Shown here piece after piece: positions 49,929 through 58,668 of a stretch of DNA of 64,000 nucleotides (its first letter is position 1; each line of letters begins with the position of its first letter). The notes below the pieces were generated by a model. It was not told where the DNA came from. It saw only the letters and a program-made list of their open reading frames with translations, and searched no databases. The stretch covers positions 23,102-87,101 of the forward strand of contig JBATUN010000012.1 in NCBI GenBank assembly GCA_049671165.1, in the 5' to 3' direction. The translations under genes and the position numbers were made by a program. Source of the stretch: Dehalococcoidia bacterium (GTDB lineage: Bacteria > Chloroflexota > Dehalococcoidia > GIF9 > AB-539-J10).

Positions 49929-50300
49929 TTATTTTTTCCCTTTCAGGGTCAATATACTGGTGGCCAGGATATTCGCAATCTCCGTGGCTTCCCTCAGAAG
50001 CCCATTAACGATTCCCTTGTCAGCTCTGCCGGAATCTCTGAGCAGCCCCAACCAAAACTTGCATTCGTTTGCTGACTTGAGAGCGTGACTGAAGAAATTG
50101 GTATAGTCCTTTCGCGAGGAAGCCGCCTGGGCCTCAATCACATTAGCTCCAATACTGGTGGTGCTTCTCAAGAGCTGGTCACTGATTATGCGCGAAGCCT
50201 GTTCCACTGGCAATCGGTCCACGAATCCTATTACATCCAGTGCGAATCTGTAGACACAATTCTTGAATTCGTCTTTGAATTTTGACCTGTCATTTTGCAT
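49929..50300 (-). CDS. Four-helix-bundle protein (23S rRNA intervening-sequence protein family, TIGR02436-like)
   Basis: YRFALDVIGFVDRLP...RSTTSIGANVIEAQ... characteristic of the family. Confidence 0.7.
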   Translation of the reverse strand: MQNDRSKFKDEFKNCVYRFALDVIGFVDRLPVEQASRIISDQLLRSTTSIGANVIEAQAASSRKDYTNFFSHALKSANECKFWLGLLRDSGRADKGIVNGLLREATEIANILATSILTLKGKK

Positions 50301-50326
50301 TTTTACTTTTGCCTTTTGATTTTCTC

Positions 50327-50857
50327 TTAGTATTCAATGCCTTCCCTGCTTTTTATTCCTTGATCATAAGGATGCTTCACTTCTCTCACTTCGCTGACCA
50401 AATCTGCCTTTTCTATAATCTTTTCTGTGACGCCCCGACCGGTTAAGACAAGCTCCAGCTGTGCTGGCTTTGTTTCCATAAGAGAAAGGACATCCTCTTC
50501 TTTCAGAAAGCCGTCGCGCACGGTAATGTTTATCTCATCCAGGACCAGCATATCCCAGGATGGGTCCCGGAATAGCTCCTTGATGAATTCCAGCCCTTTG
50601 GAGCATTCCTGACAGACATCGCCAGGATTCAGCTCCTTGTAGAAGTGAGGATGTTTCTTGGCGAAAAGGAAGGTCTTAACCCCCAGCTTCTGCAGGGATT
50701 CATATTCACCGTACCCGAATGCCTCGGGGTCTTTGAAAAAAGAGACGAAGCCGACCTTGAAACCATGCCCGGCAGCACGGGCTGCCTGACCGATGGCGGC
50801 GGTGGACTTTCCTTTGCCGGCCCCGGTATAGACTTGAATTAAGCCTTTCCCTTTCAT
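50327..50857 (-). CDS. cobO: Cob(I)yrinic acid a,c-diamide adenosyltransferase
   Basis: N-terminus MKGKGLIQVYTGAGKGKSTAA (P-loop). 176 aa. Confidence 0.9.
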   Translation of the reverse strand: MKGKGLIQVYTGAGKGKSTAAIGQAARAAGHGFKVGFVSFFKDPEAFGYGEYESLQKLGVKTFLFAKKHPHFYKELNPGDVCQECSKGLEFIKELFRDPSWDMLVLDEINITVRDGFLKEEDVLSLMETKPAQLELVLTGRGVTEKIIEKADLVSEVREVKHPYDQGIKSREGIEY

Positions 50858-50898
50858 CTCAGTTCGCCATTTATGCTTTCGGAGGAGAAAACCTTCAC

Positions 50899-51840
50899 TT
50901 AGCTACCCTCAGGCTCCTCAAATATCTCGGGGTGAATGAGATGGGCAAACCACTCCAAGCCTTTGACCAGCCTGGGGCCTGGACGTTGAGCTAAGTCATC
51001 ATCGAATGTATAGATTCTTCCCGTTTGACTGGCGTTGGTACTCGCGAGCTCGGTTGCATTGAGTGCCCAGTCATAAGACCATTCGCTCGTGATGATTATT
51101 TCCGGGTCGTGGAGGATGACCCATTCAATCTGGACCATGGCACCACCCTCGAAGTTTTCAGAGAAGATGTTCACACCGCCAGCTACATTGATCAGGTCGT
51201 CGATCCAGGTGTTCCTGCCGACAGTCCACATAGGGTCATGCCATGTGATATAGAAAACGCTCGGCTTTTCCTCAAACTCTTTGGTCTGCTCTTCTATTTC
51301 TTCAATCTTGCTTCCCATTCCGTTCACAAGCTGCGCAGCCTCCGCCTCCCTGCCGGTTATCTCTCCTATCTTCTGAATGCTGTCCAGTGCATCCTCCAGA
51401 GTCTGCGGCGCCACAGCAAACACTGCAAGCTCTTGTTCTTCCAGGGCGGGAATCAGGTCAAATCTGTGAAAATCAGTGGCCAATATCAGGTCAGGCTCTA
51501 AAGCAATTATTTTCTCTATATCTGGTCCGTAGTAATCTCCCACCTTTTCCTTGTCCTGGGCTTCCGGAGGGTAATCACAATACATTGTCACTCCCACCAC
51601 CTTGTCTCCCAGACCCAGGGCAAACAAAATCTCGGTGTTGGAGGGAGCCAGTGAGATGATTCTTTGAGGTGTCCCGTTAATGGCGACCAGCCTTCCCAGG
51701 TCATCAACTACATATTGTGTTGGCGTCTGCACAGGGGTGGTGCAGGCTGTCAGGACAAGGACTGTGCCCAGAAGCACTACCAGGGCCCAGTTTGTGCCTC
51801 GAGCCAAGATTTGCTTACGGAACATTCTCATGCCAGTCAC
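50899..51840 (-). CDS. btuF: Cobalamin-binding periplasmic protein of ABC transporter
   Basis: Class-III SBP fold, lipoprotein-like signal (VLVLTAC). First gene of btuF-cobO-(4HB)-btuC-btuD. Confidence 0.8.
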   Translation of the reverse strand: MTGMRMFRKQILARGTNWALVVLLGTVLVLTACTTPVQTPTQYVVDDLGRLVAINGTPQRIISLAPSNTEILFALGLGDKVVGVTMYCDYPPEAQDKEKVGDYYGPDIEKIIALEPDLILATDFHRFDLIPALEEQELAVFAVAPQTLEDALDSIQKIGEITGREAEAAQLVNGMGSKIEEIEEQTKEFEEKPSVFYITWHDPMWTVGRNTWIDDLINVAGGVNIFSENFEGGAMVQIEWVILHDPEIIITSEWSYDWALNATELASTNASQTGRIYTFDDDLAQRPGPRLVKGLEWFAHLIHPEIFEEPEGS

Positions 51841-52098
51841 TTTCGCCTCCCTTTACACAAAACTACTTGATTTTATACAAGTACACTTGTTTTTCACATT
51901 CTAGATATTGCCAGATGAAATGTCAAGGGATTGTCCTCGTTTAGTACCTTAGTGACACATCACCTCCTTTCTTCTATTTGCCGGGTCTTCAGGAAGCCAC
52001 AGCATAGAGACTCGACCGGCTATTCGAATCCGGTCAACACACTGAAATTGGGGAGCCTGATGTTGGCAAAATGTTAACAGAAGAAGAGGTATTACGAA

Positions 52099-52172
52099 GT
52101 GAGCCGTGCGAGACTCGAACTCGCGACACCCTGATTAAAAGTCAGGTGCTCTACCAGCTGAGCTAACGGCCC
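52099..52172 (-). tRNA. tRNA-Lys (anticodon UUU)
   Basis: Minus-strand sequence GGGCCGTTAGCTCAGCTGGTAGAGCACCTGACTTTTAATCAGG...TTCGAGTCTCGCACGGCTCA folds as a cloverleaf with anticodon loop CUUUUAA. Confidence 0.85.
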
Positions 52173-52196
52173 ATGATTCTGTGAAACTATGCGCAG

Positions 52197-52472
52197 CTAT
52201 TTTTCCACTGACAAGAGATTAGAAATATGGATGGCGAAAGCCGGGTGAATGTCGCAAATAAACCCTCCGTCCACTGCCTCCACAGAGAAGGTCACCCTGT
52301 TGGGCTTCCTGAGGGGATCGCCAAATTTATTAAGCCCCGTTTCATCCCAGGGCATATTGTGGCCTAGTATTTCCAGCAGGCCCTTCACATCCCTCGGGTC
52401 CTCTACTATCACTTCGAAAGGAAGCTGATGTGCTAACCCTTCCAACTGGCTATTATTTAGCTTTATCCTCAT
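52197..52472 (-). CDS. Hypothetical small protein
   Basis: 91-aa ORF between tRNA-Lys and the tRNA-Gly 3' fragment. No recognisable motif. Confidence 0.3.
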   Translation of the reverse strand: MRIKLNNSQLEGLAHQLPFEVIVEDPRDVKGLLEILGHNMPWDETGLNKFGDPLRKPNRVTFSVEAVDGGFICDIHPAFAIHISNLLSVEK

Positions 52473-52511
52473 CTTCTAATCTGTGCCTTTATCGCTTATG
52501 GTTATCGCCAC

Positions 52512-52554
52512 AGCGGGTGATGGGATTCGAACCCACGACGTCTTACTTGGGAAG
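52512..52554 (-). repeat. Displaced 3' portion of a tRNA-Gly(CCC) gene (anticodon loop to acceptor 3' end; att-site remnant)
   Basis: Minus strand reads TTCCCAAGTAAGACGTCGTGGGTTCGAATCCCATCACCCGC. Acceptor CACCCGC complements the orphan 5' half GCGGGTG at 59813-59852, 7.3 kb away. Confidence 0.7.
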
Positions 52555-52627
52555 CTAGTAAGTTACCAAATGGCTATTGACATGGTTACGTACTAGCATT
52601 ATCATCATTCATAGATAAGTTTAGGGA

Positions 52628-53818
52628 TTGTTCTGTGGGTTGTCAAGATTATGTATGGAGGTGAATGTGAAGACTTTAGAAGTGATGGAGAAGGTTTTGA
52701 AAGGTAAGAGGTTGAAGGCTAATACTCAGAGGCATTATCGTGAAGCGTTGGGTTCGTTAGCCCAGTACTCGGAAGATTGGCCTGTTAGTGGTGTGATAAT
52801 CAATGAGTGGTTAGCGTCTTTGGAAGGGTATGCTGATTCGACGATAAAGATGTGGTTTGACTGTGTTAATGCTGCGGGTAAATATGTATTGAAGGCATAT
52901 AAGATAGCTAATCCGTGTGCTGAGGCTGAGAGGCCGAAGGTAAGTAAGAAGAGGCGTAGGTATTTTACTGTTGACGAAATGGTCGCGATTATTAAGGCTT
53001 GTGTGAACGATTTTGAATTGGCGCTGGTGATGACGTTGATAGACTCTGCCTGTCGTATAGGTGAGCTGGTGGACTTAAGAGGTGGTGATGTTGGTGATGG
53101 TTTCATTAATGTGGCTGGTAAGACCGGGCAGAGGCGTTATAGGCTTGACGTGAGACTGTGCGAGAAGTTGAGGGATATGGCTGGTGGTGAGGATAAGCCT
53201 GTATTTAAGAACAGGTTTGGTAGGTTTTACCAGGATGGTGATGGTCTAGGGCATAGAGTTCGATATATAGTGGAACGTGCCGGTATTAAGGGTAAGAAGA
53301 TCGGTGTACATACGATAAGGCACAGTAGTGCTTCTTTGGTGGCAAGTGTGGGTATGAAGCCATTAGTGGTGAAGGCTCTGCTTCAGCATGACGATGTGAA
53401 TACGAGTATGGTGTATATCCATGATGTTGAAGATTTGATAATTGGTACTGATGAGTATAGCCCTCTCAAGCTAGTGGAGAAGCGGTATAAAGAAGCTCAT
53501 AGTGGTGAGGTTGAAGGTGAGCAGTTGCGGTTGAGTGATGGTCAGTTTGGTGATGAGTCTGTGGCATTAGTGCCTGTTAGTGGTGAGGTGGTAGATGCTG
53601 GTGGAGTAGATGTGCTGGTTAGTGATATGTTCCCTGAAATACCAGATGGTATTGTGGTCAGGACGTTGTTGAAGTACGAGGAGTTGATGCTAGTACGTAA
53701 GATCTTCATGTGGTACGCTAGCTATAATCCCGGTAATAGTGATGCGGCTAGGGTACGTGAGCTTATGAAGCGTATGCTTCGTAAGGGTGGCAGTGAATTT
53801 TATGCGAAGAGACAATAA
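52628..53818 (+). CDS. int: Tyrosine-type site-specific recombinase (phage integrase family)
   Basis: N-terminal SAM-like core-binding region. C-terminal catalytic residues in HTIRHSSASL...SMVYIH (HxxR...Y). Probable start 52655-52667 (SD GGAGG at 52657-61). Confidence 0.85.
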   Translation: MFCGLSRLCMEVNVKTLEVMEKVLKGKRLKANTQRHYREALGSLAQYSEDWPVSGVIINEWLASLEGYADSTIKMWFDCVNAAGKYVLKAYKIANPCAEAERPKVSKKRRRYFTVDEMVAIIKACVNDFELALVMTLIDSACRIGELVDLRGGDVGDGFINVAGKTGQRRYRLDVRLCEKLRDMAGGEDKPVFKNRFGRFYQDGDGLGHRVRYIVERAGIKGKKIGVHTIRHSSASLVASVGMKPLVVKALLQHDDVNTSMVYIHDVEDLIIGTDEYSPLKLVEKRYKEAHSGEVEGEQLRLSDGQFGDESVALVPVSGEVVDAGGVDVLVSDMFPEIPDGIVVRTLLKYEELMLVRKIFMWYASYNPGNSDAARVRELMKRMLRKGGSEFYAKRQ

Positions 53819-53935
53819 AAGGAGATGGAGGATGTAGTCGTGTGGATAATGTGGCTTTGTGATACAATTGCATAGGTTCAAATTTGAGCAATGTGGAGAC
53901 GTAGCTCAAGTAGTTGAGGTTATAAGGGAGTTGAA

Positions 53936-54295
53936 ATGAAAAAGGCAGGAACAATCGTTGGTGTTATAGCGGTTATCATCATTATTGTTGTAGTTCTAAC
54001 CTGTGATGGGATTGTCCCTAGGGATTCTACATTCGACATAAAGATATCTGGAACAGGGGGGCTTGAGTTTTCAGGCAGCTATATGGTAACGACATCAAAT
54101 GGGCAAGTAGTATCTAAATCAGTAGATGGGATGATTCCAGAGCAATATTCAGTGTCTGGAACACTAGTTTCAGTCATGTTCCAGAAACAAACCGAAGAAG
54201 GTACTCTTAGAGTTGAAATAGTTAAGGGAAATGAGGTTATTGCGAGTGAAGAGACAACTGCGGAGTATGGTATTGTTTCTGTAGCCACAGATTAA
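53936..54295 (+). CDS. Small membrane-anchored protein (hypothetical, island cargo)
   Basis: N-terminal TM IVGVIAVIIIIVVVL, then a beta-rich soluble part. SD-like GGGAG upstream. Confidence 0.4.
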   Translation: MKKAGTIVGVIAVIIIIVVVLTCDGIVPRDSTFDIKISGTGGLEFSGSYMVTTSNGQVVSKSVDGMIPEQYSVSGTLVSVMFQKQTEEGTLRVEIVKGNEVIASEETTAEYGIVSVATD

Positions 54296-54579
54296 AGAGA
54301 GGGTGATACTCGTACTAGGTCTTAGCCTTCATGGATGGGGTTTGGGTGGTCGGAGATTCAAAGACTCGAATGTCAGATAGAATTATGATGAAACTACGAT
54401 AGAGCGTATAAGGGGGATTAGACCTCGTTCTTACCTAGACCGTAGTTATTGACTTGTATTTCTGCAATGAGGACGCTAGGGCGTGCAGCGTTCTTCTATC
54501 GATAGTTCAGTTTTTATGTCTATCCTATATGTTATACTAAGATAAGCGTGAATCGTAAATTCAATTTTGGAGGTGCAGT

Positions 54580-54747
54580 ATGCCAGTACCAGCTGAAGTA
54601 CAAGCGGCTATAGTAACAGTGTCGGGGGAGTGGGCGAGATATCTTGTGACTGTGAGGGAAGAAGACCGGGAAGAGGTTCTCATAAAACTGTTGAAGTATT
54701 ACAAGGATGCTTACGAAGACCTTAAGAAGTTACAAAGTAAGTTCTAA
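54580..54747 (+). CDS. Hypothetical 55-aa protein (island cargo; not in the ORF track, <60 aa)
   Basis: ATG preceded by GGAGGTG. Sequence MPVPAEVQAAIVTVSGEWARYLVTVREEDREEVLIKLLKYYKDAYEDLKKLQSKF. Confidence 0.3.
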   Translation: MPVPAEVQAAIVTVSGEWARYLVTVREEDREEVLIKLLKYYKDAYEDLKKLQSKF

Positions 54748-55051
54748 CTGTAACGTTAAACAGGTGTAATAGTAGGTGTAATTGTTTGTTGGGAACGCTG
54801 TGCGTTCGCACTAGTAGGTAAGATACCCTGTTCTTAGTAGAAGGAGGGCGTTTATGCGCCGAGTGGTTCGTGGGGACGGAAGTGAACGTGGGACAAAAAG
54901 GAGGTGAAGATAGTAGGTGGTGATTGGGTCAAGGATTTAAGACTGAACGAAGTATCAGCGTGGGTTGACTACGTAGGATAATAGTTATAATGAGAATAAG
55001 GGGGTGTCGCTCCCTTATCAGAAGTTAAACAGAAAGGGAGGTAAGATATTA

Positions 55052-55456
55052 ATGGCAGGAAACGAGACAAGGGAACCAACACTAGGTGAAATTATAGAAG
55101 AGATTAAGAAGTCCAAGGATGAGATTATGAAAGAGATTGAAGGTTCTAGAATATCAAGGGAACCAACCCTAGGTGAGATTATGGAAGAGATTAAGGGGTC
55201 CAAAGATGAAGCTGTAAAAAGTAGCGAGGGTTCTAGAATAGCAATGTGGCTCACGCCTGCTGCATTTGGCGGTGCAATAGCATTATTTGGGGTTACACGT
55301 TTAGCAGGAGTGTCACTTAGCGATTGGGTCGTTTGGTGGCCAGATGCGCTGGTCGCAGCTGTGGGGCTTGGATTTATGATTTGGAGTGGGAGTATGGCAG
55401 CTAGGGCACAAGAACGATTTAGAGGCAGATGGAATGAGCCACCACCCAGATTTTAA
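55052..55456 (+). CDS. Two-TM membrane protein with duplicated N-terminal REPTLGEI(I/M)EEIK.SKDE repeat (hypothetical)
   Basis: Start at MAGNETREP after SD GGGAGG. Two hydrophobic helices, AAFGGAIALFGV and ALVAAVGLGFMIWSG. Confidence 0.45.
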   Translation: MAGNETREPTLGEIIEEIKKSKDEIMKEIEGSRISREPTLGEIMEEIKGSKDEAVKSSEGSRIAMWLTPAAFGGAIALFGVTRLAGVSLSDWVVWWPDALVAAVGLGFMIWSGSMAARAQERFRGRWNEPPPRF

Positions 55457-55511
55457 TGCAAGTTATAGACTGTTGACTGATGGCACCTAGATTGGTGCGG
55501 ATTATAACAGT

Positions 55512-55551
55512 GGGGTAAAGGGTGGCAATAGCTGATTTACCCCGTTCTTGT
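55512..55551 (+). terminator. Candidate intrinsic terminator hairpin
   Basis: GGGGTAAAgggtggcaatagctgaTTTACCCC (8-bp stem) followed by a T-rich gttcttgtc. Confidence 0.3.
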
Positions 55552-55697
55552 CTAGAACGTGGTCTGCCTGCTGAGTTTAAGAGCACACATGGGTTGGCTA
55601 GTAAGATGGCGAATAAGAATATGCAAGGTGTTGACGATTGTGAGGCAAGGACTGTAAACTTGGCATGAGTGTGTGAAGTAACGGTAGACAGGAGACT

Positions 55698-56486
55698 ATG
55701 GGAACTATAGATATAAGACTTGAGGAGACAACGGTGGAGCAAGAGGGGAAGAAGTATGCTCTTCGTGTATATAGCGAGGCTGCGTTAGAGGGTTTCAATC
55801 CAAAAGTGTTGGGATTGGGGAATATTGGTCAGAGGTCAAGACGAACTGATGTTATTGCTGCAGTATTTGACCTAGCGGGTTTCACAGGTTTTTGTAGTCA
55901 AGTCGACCCTCATTTGATCCTGCCAAGGTTCCTTAAGGAATTTTTAGATTGGCTTTTTGGAGATATCAAATCTGAGTTTGAAGAAAGAAGATTTGGGGAA
56001 AAGGTTCTGTTGTATTCGGATTTGCCGTTTTTTGCGAAATTTACGGGGGACGGCGTAGTGTTCCTATGGGATACAGCGAATATGGACATGCGTAAGGTGT
56101 GCAATGTTCTGGTGATCGCGGAGCATATATGGGATAACTATAGTAAAGCTTTTGCGCCGAAGGCGAAAAGGTATTTATCGCAGGTACCCAAAGCTCTAAA
56201 GTGCGGATTGGCATGCGGTCTGGTGTGTTCAGTAGGTAAGGGGGAAGATTATGTGGGGGCATGTATTAATATTGCGTCAAGATTGCAGAAGCTAAGTAAT
56301 ATGCGGTTTTGTTGTTCGCAAAGAGGAATAAACATTGAAGAAGGAATGCTGAAGAAGACTCAAGAAGCATATGTGACTAAACGTGTGTCAATAAGAGGAA
56401 TTGGAAGTGACGAGCGAGTCATAGTTGGAAAATCGGATTTTGAGAAGCTGTCAAAAAGGGATAAGGCAATCTTTAAGGACGTATAA
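55698..56486 (+). CDS. Standalone class III nucleotidyl (adenylyl/guanylyl-type) cyclase domain protein
   Basis: Three hallmark motifs present: VIAAVFDLAGFTGF (FxDxxGFT, metal Asp), KFTGDGVVFLWD (K..GDG, second Asp), GLACGLVCSVGKGEDYVGACINIASRLQ (G.H.G.V..G......Y...G..VN.ASR). 262 aa with no other domain. Confidence 0.7.
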   Translation: MGTIDIRLEETTVEQEGKKYALRVYSEAALEGFNPKVLGLGNIGQRSRRTDVIAAVFDLAGFTGFCSQVDPHLILPRFLKEFLDWLFGDIKSEFEERRFGEKVLLYSDLPFFAKFTGDGVVFLWDTANMDMRKVCNVLVIAEHIWDNYSKAFAPKAKRYLSQVPKALKCGLACGLVCSVGKGEDYVGACINIASRLQKLSNMRFCCSQRGINIEEGMLKKTQEAYVTKRVSIRGIGSDERVIVGKSDFEKLSKRDKAIFKDV

Positions 56487-56565
56487 GTGGAAACTGGGGG
56501 GGAAAGGTTCTTGTCAATTAAGCCCTATGATAGCGTTAGTTTCGGATTGTTACCAAGAACGAGTG

Positions 56566-56594
56566 TTGACTTGTTGATTGTGTTCGTGTAGAAT
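56566..56594 (+). promoter_or_regulatory. Sigma-70-like promoter (TTGACT-17-TAGAAT)
   Basis: Near-consensus -35 and -10 with 17-nt spacing, upstream of the 56769 gene and Rep. Confidence 0.5.
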
Positions 56595-56723
56595 ATTCGT
56601 GGTTCTTTAAAAGTTGAATCATGGAGTGACTATAGGTAATCGGTGAAAAACATACCGACAGCCTGCCTAGCTTAGCTGGGCCGGTGTCCGTTAGCGTCGG
56701 AGAAATTAGGTCGGGATTCCGTG

Positions 56724-56751
56724 AGGATCGCTATATAGCGGTCCTCTTTTT
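56724..56751 (+). terminator. Perfect 9-bp palindrome + T6 (attenuator/terminator-like) in the leader of the 56769 gene
   Basis: GGATCGCTATATAGCGGTCC followed by TCTTTTTTG, 18 nt before the SD AAGGAGG. Confidence 0.45.
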
Positions 56752-56768
56752 TGTTTAAGGAGGTGAAT

Positions 56769-57101
56769 ATGATGGACAGAGAAGAATTTTTCGTTGATGG
56801 TGTTCCTGAGAGCGGTTATCTTTGGTGTCGTGAGTGTGAGCGTGCTTATAAATATGGGTCATATAAGGAGGAGGTTTATAGATTGCCGGAGCAGTTTCCG
56901 ATTGAGTTGCGTACGGGGTTTTTTTATTTAGGTATTACTCCGTCTGATTTGAAGGATATAGATGGGAGTATACGTCAGATGTGTCCTTACCCTGGGTGTG
57001 ATGGTGACACTGTTTTTGATGCGTTTGAGTGGGAATGGCTGAGGTCATATCATCCTGAATATCCTGATGTTCCTGAGGATGGTGTTGTGTATCGTTTGTG
57101 A
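56769..57101 (+). CDS. Small Cys-rich (zinc-binding?) protein (hypothetical)
   Basis: Start MMDREEF after SD AAGGAGGTG. Motifs CRECERAY and CPYPGCDGD. Confidence 0.4.
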   Translation: MMDREEFFVDGVPESGYLWCRECERAYKYGSYKEEVYRLPEQFPIELRTGFFYLGITPSDLKDIDGSIRQMCPYPGCDGDTVFDAFEWEWLRSYHPEYPDVPEDGVVYRL

Positions 57102-57339
57102 TGGGTGAGGGGAAAAGATTTAAGGTGTTGGTGAGGTTGGGGCATCTTTAGATGGTTGGTGTTGTTGAGGGGACTTGTTGGCGTTCTGGAGTGAATTTGA
57201 GGGGATTGTTGCAAGGCTCAGGCAGAAGGCGGTGGCGGTACGCCACGCCTTGCCTATTTGTTGTTTTGTGGTGTCAGATGGTTGGGCTGGTCCTTTGTAG
57301 GAGTTGTGCGGGTAATAGTGGGAGGTCTTATCTCACTTG

Positions 57340-57465
57340 ACTATAACTACAAACTATCTCTATATAATGACTATACAGTAGATATATAGGAGTAATACTT
57401 AAGGAATAATCTCTATATACTAATAGGTGAAATGTTACTTGATTCGTGGGTTGCGGGTGTCATAG
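57340..57465 (+). promoter_or_regulatory. AT-rich iteron-containing region upstream of Rep (candidate replication origin/promoter)
   Basis: Direct repeats TCTCTATATA (2 copies) and the palindromic-ish CTATACAGTAGATATATAG, in a sharply AT-rich stretch between G/T-rich flanks. Confidence 0.35.
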
Positions 57466-58284
57466 ATGAGGAAACGTAGGGCTGAGTGGCGTGAGTTAAC
57501 GAGTGCTGAGAAGCGAAAGTATGCTATGGCTGTTAGGCGTTTGAATTTGGGGATTTGGGGTTATGCGATAAGTAGTCTAAGGGCTGTTCATCTGACGACG
57601 AGGGAAGGTAATGATAATACGCCGTGGGTGTTCGCCAGGGATTTAAGGAAGCTGGTCAACAGTTTTAGACGTGATGGGTATGATTTAGAGTACAACGGTG
57701 CTTTAGAGTTTTCACCGGAGAAGCATCTATTGCATTGGCATGGGATATTTAGGATAAAGGGCGGGTTCTTCTTGAGGCCTATGATTTCAGGGGAAGATAA
57801 GGCAGCGGTGAGGCGTGAGTTAGGTGACCGCTGGAACAAGTACCATGGTGCTTTTGCGGTGCAGATTACCGAAGTTGCGAGTAAAAGGGACCTGGAGAAG
57901 TATATATTGAAGCACATACTGAAAGAGTACATAGGGGTAGATGAGGATATGCGGAATAAGTTTCTATTCTCGAGAAAGTGGATGCGTGAAGGGTGGAAGA
58001 AGGTTGAGGACCTGGCGAAGTTGTGGGTGTTAGGCGGTCCTGAGTCCGATGGTGGTTTGAGTGCGATGTATATGACGAAAGAGGGATGGGATAAGGTCAA
58101 TGAGATAGTGCAGGCTTGGGCTCAGAAAGAGACAGGTATGTTTCGTGGCGCAGGTGTTAATGGTGGCCTGAGTGGTTATCTGTATATGGAATTAGGTCGT
58201 ATTCGTGAGGCGTTTGGGAGTGGGTTTGAAATTAGGCGTGATGGTGAGGTTTGTCGAAGTAAGTTTGAGTACGTGGATTTTTAG
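57466..58284 (+). CDS. HUH-endonuclease-like rolling-circle replication initiator (Rep) candidate
   Basis: Motif I-like AVHLTT, HUH motif LLHWHGIF, Tyr motif KYILKH (Y..K). Basic N-terminus. Followed by an SSB-like gene and preceded by an AT-rich iteron region. Confidence 0.45.
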   Translation: MRKRRAEWRELTSAEKRKYAMAVRRLNLGIWGYAISSLRAVHLTTREGNDNTPWVFARDLRKLVNSFRRDGYDLEYNGALEFSPEKHLLHWHGIFRIKGGFFLRPMISGEDKAAVRRELGDRWNKYHGAFAVQITEVASKRDLEKYILKHILKEYIGVDEDMRNKFLFSRKWMREGWKKVEDLAKLWVLGGPESDGGLSAMYMTKEGWDKVNEIVQAWAQKETGMFRGAGVNGGLSGYLYMELGRIREAFGSGFEIRRDGEVCRSKFEYVDF

Positions 58285-58287
58285 GAG

Positions 58288-58668
58288 GTGGATATGTTTT
58301 TGACAAGGATTGCTAGTACTGTATCGGGTCGTTCGACTAAGGGAGCCCGGCGAAGCTATGCTCCCGATGGTAAGGTGATTGGTGAGTTCTTTTTGGCTTG
58401 TGGTAATGGAAGTGTGAAGTATCCGACAATGTATGTGAAAGTTTGCGTATGGGAAGATTTAGCGGAGAAGGCGCTGGCTGTTATAGACCGGAAAGGTTTG
58501 AATGTTGAAGCTAGTGGTTTTCTGTTGATTAAGCAGTATGAAGGTGAGTATGGGAAGTCGGTTTTAATTGAATTGAAGGATGTTCGTGAGGTTAAGTTGT
58601 TTAATAGAGATGGTGAGTTAGAGCAAGTGCTTATTGATGGTGAAACCAAGAGAAAGGAGGTGAACTGA
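58288..58668 (+). CDS. OB-fold single-stranded-DNA-binding (SSB)-like protein
   Basis: Pattern ...GEFFLACGNG...YVKVCVWEDLAEKA...GLNVEASGFLLIKQYEGEYGKSV resembles the SSB OB core (W..V.W..LAE...KG..V.V.G.L). 126 aa. Confidence 0.4.
   Translation: MDMFLTRIASTVSGRSTKGARRSYAPDGKVIGEFFLACGNGSVKYPTMYVKVCVWEDLAEKALAVIDRKGLNVEASGFLLIKQYEGEYGKSVLIELKDVREVKLFNRDGELEQVLIDGETKRKEVN

Noticed and set aside
51841-52098. Expected cobalamin riboswitch upstream of btuF
   Set aside because: Reading the minus-strand leader, I could not find the B12 box (AGCCAGGAGACCUGCC / GCCACUG) or the GGUGnAAnUCC element. Not called without a covariance-model search.
55004-56486. Calling the cyclase neighbourhood a bona fide Pycsar system
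   Set aside because: No cNMP-binding-domain effector (TIR or TM fused to a CAP-like beta-barrel) is recognisable. The neighbouring ORFs are too small (110-135 aa). Kept as a candidate only.
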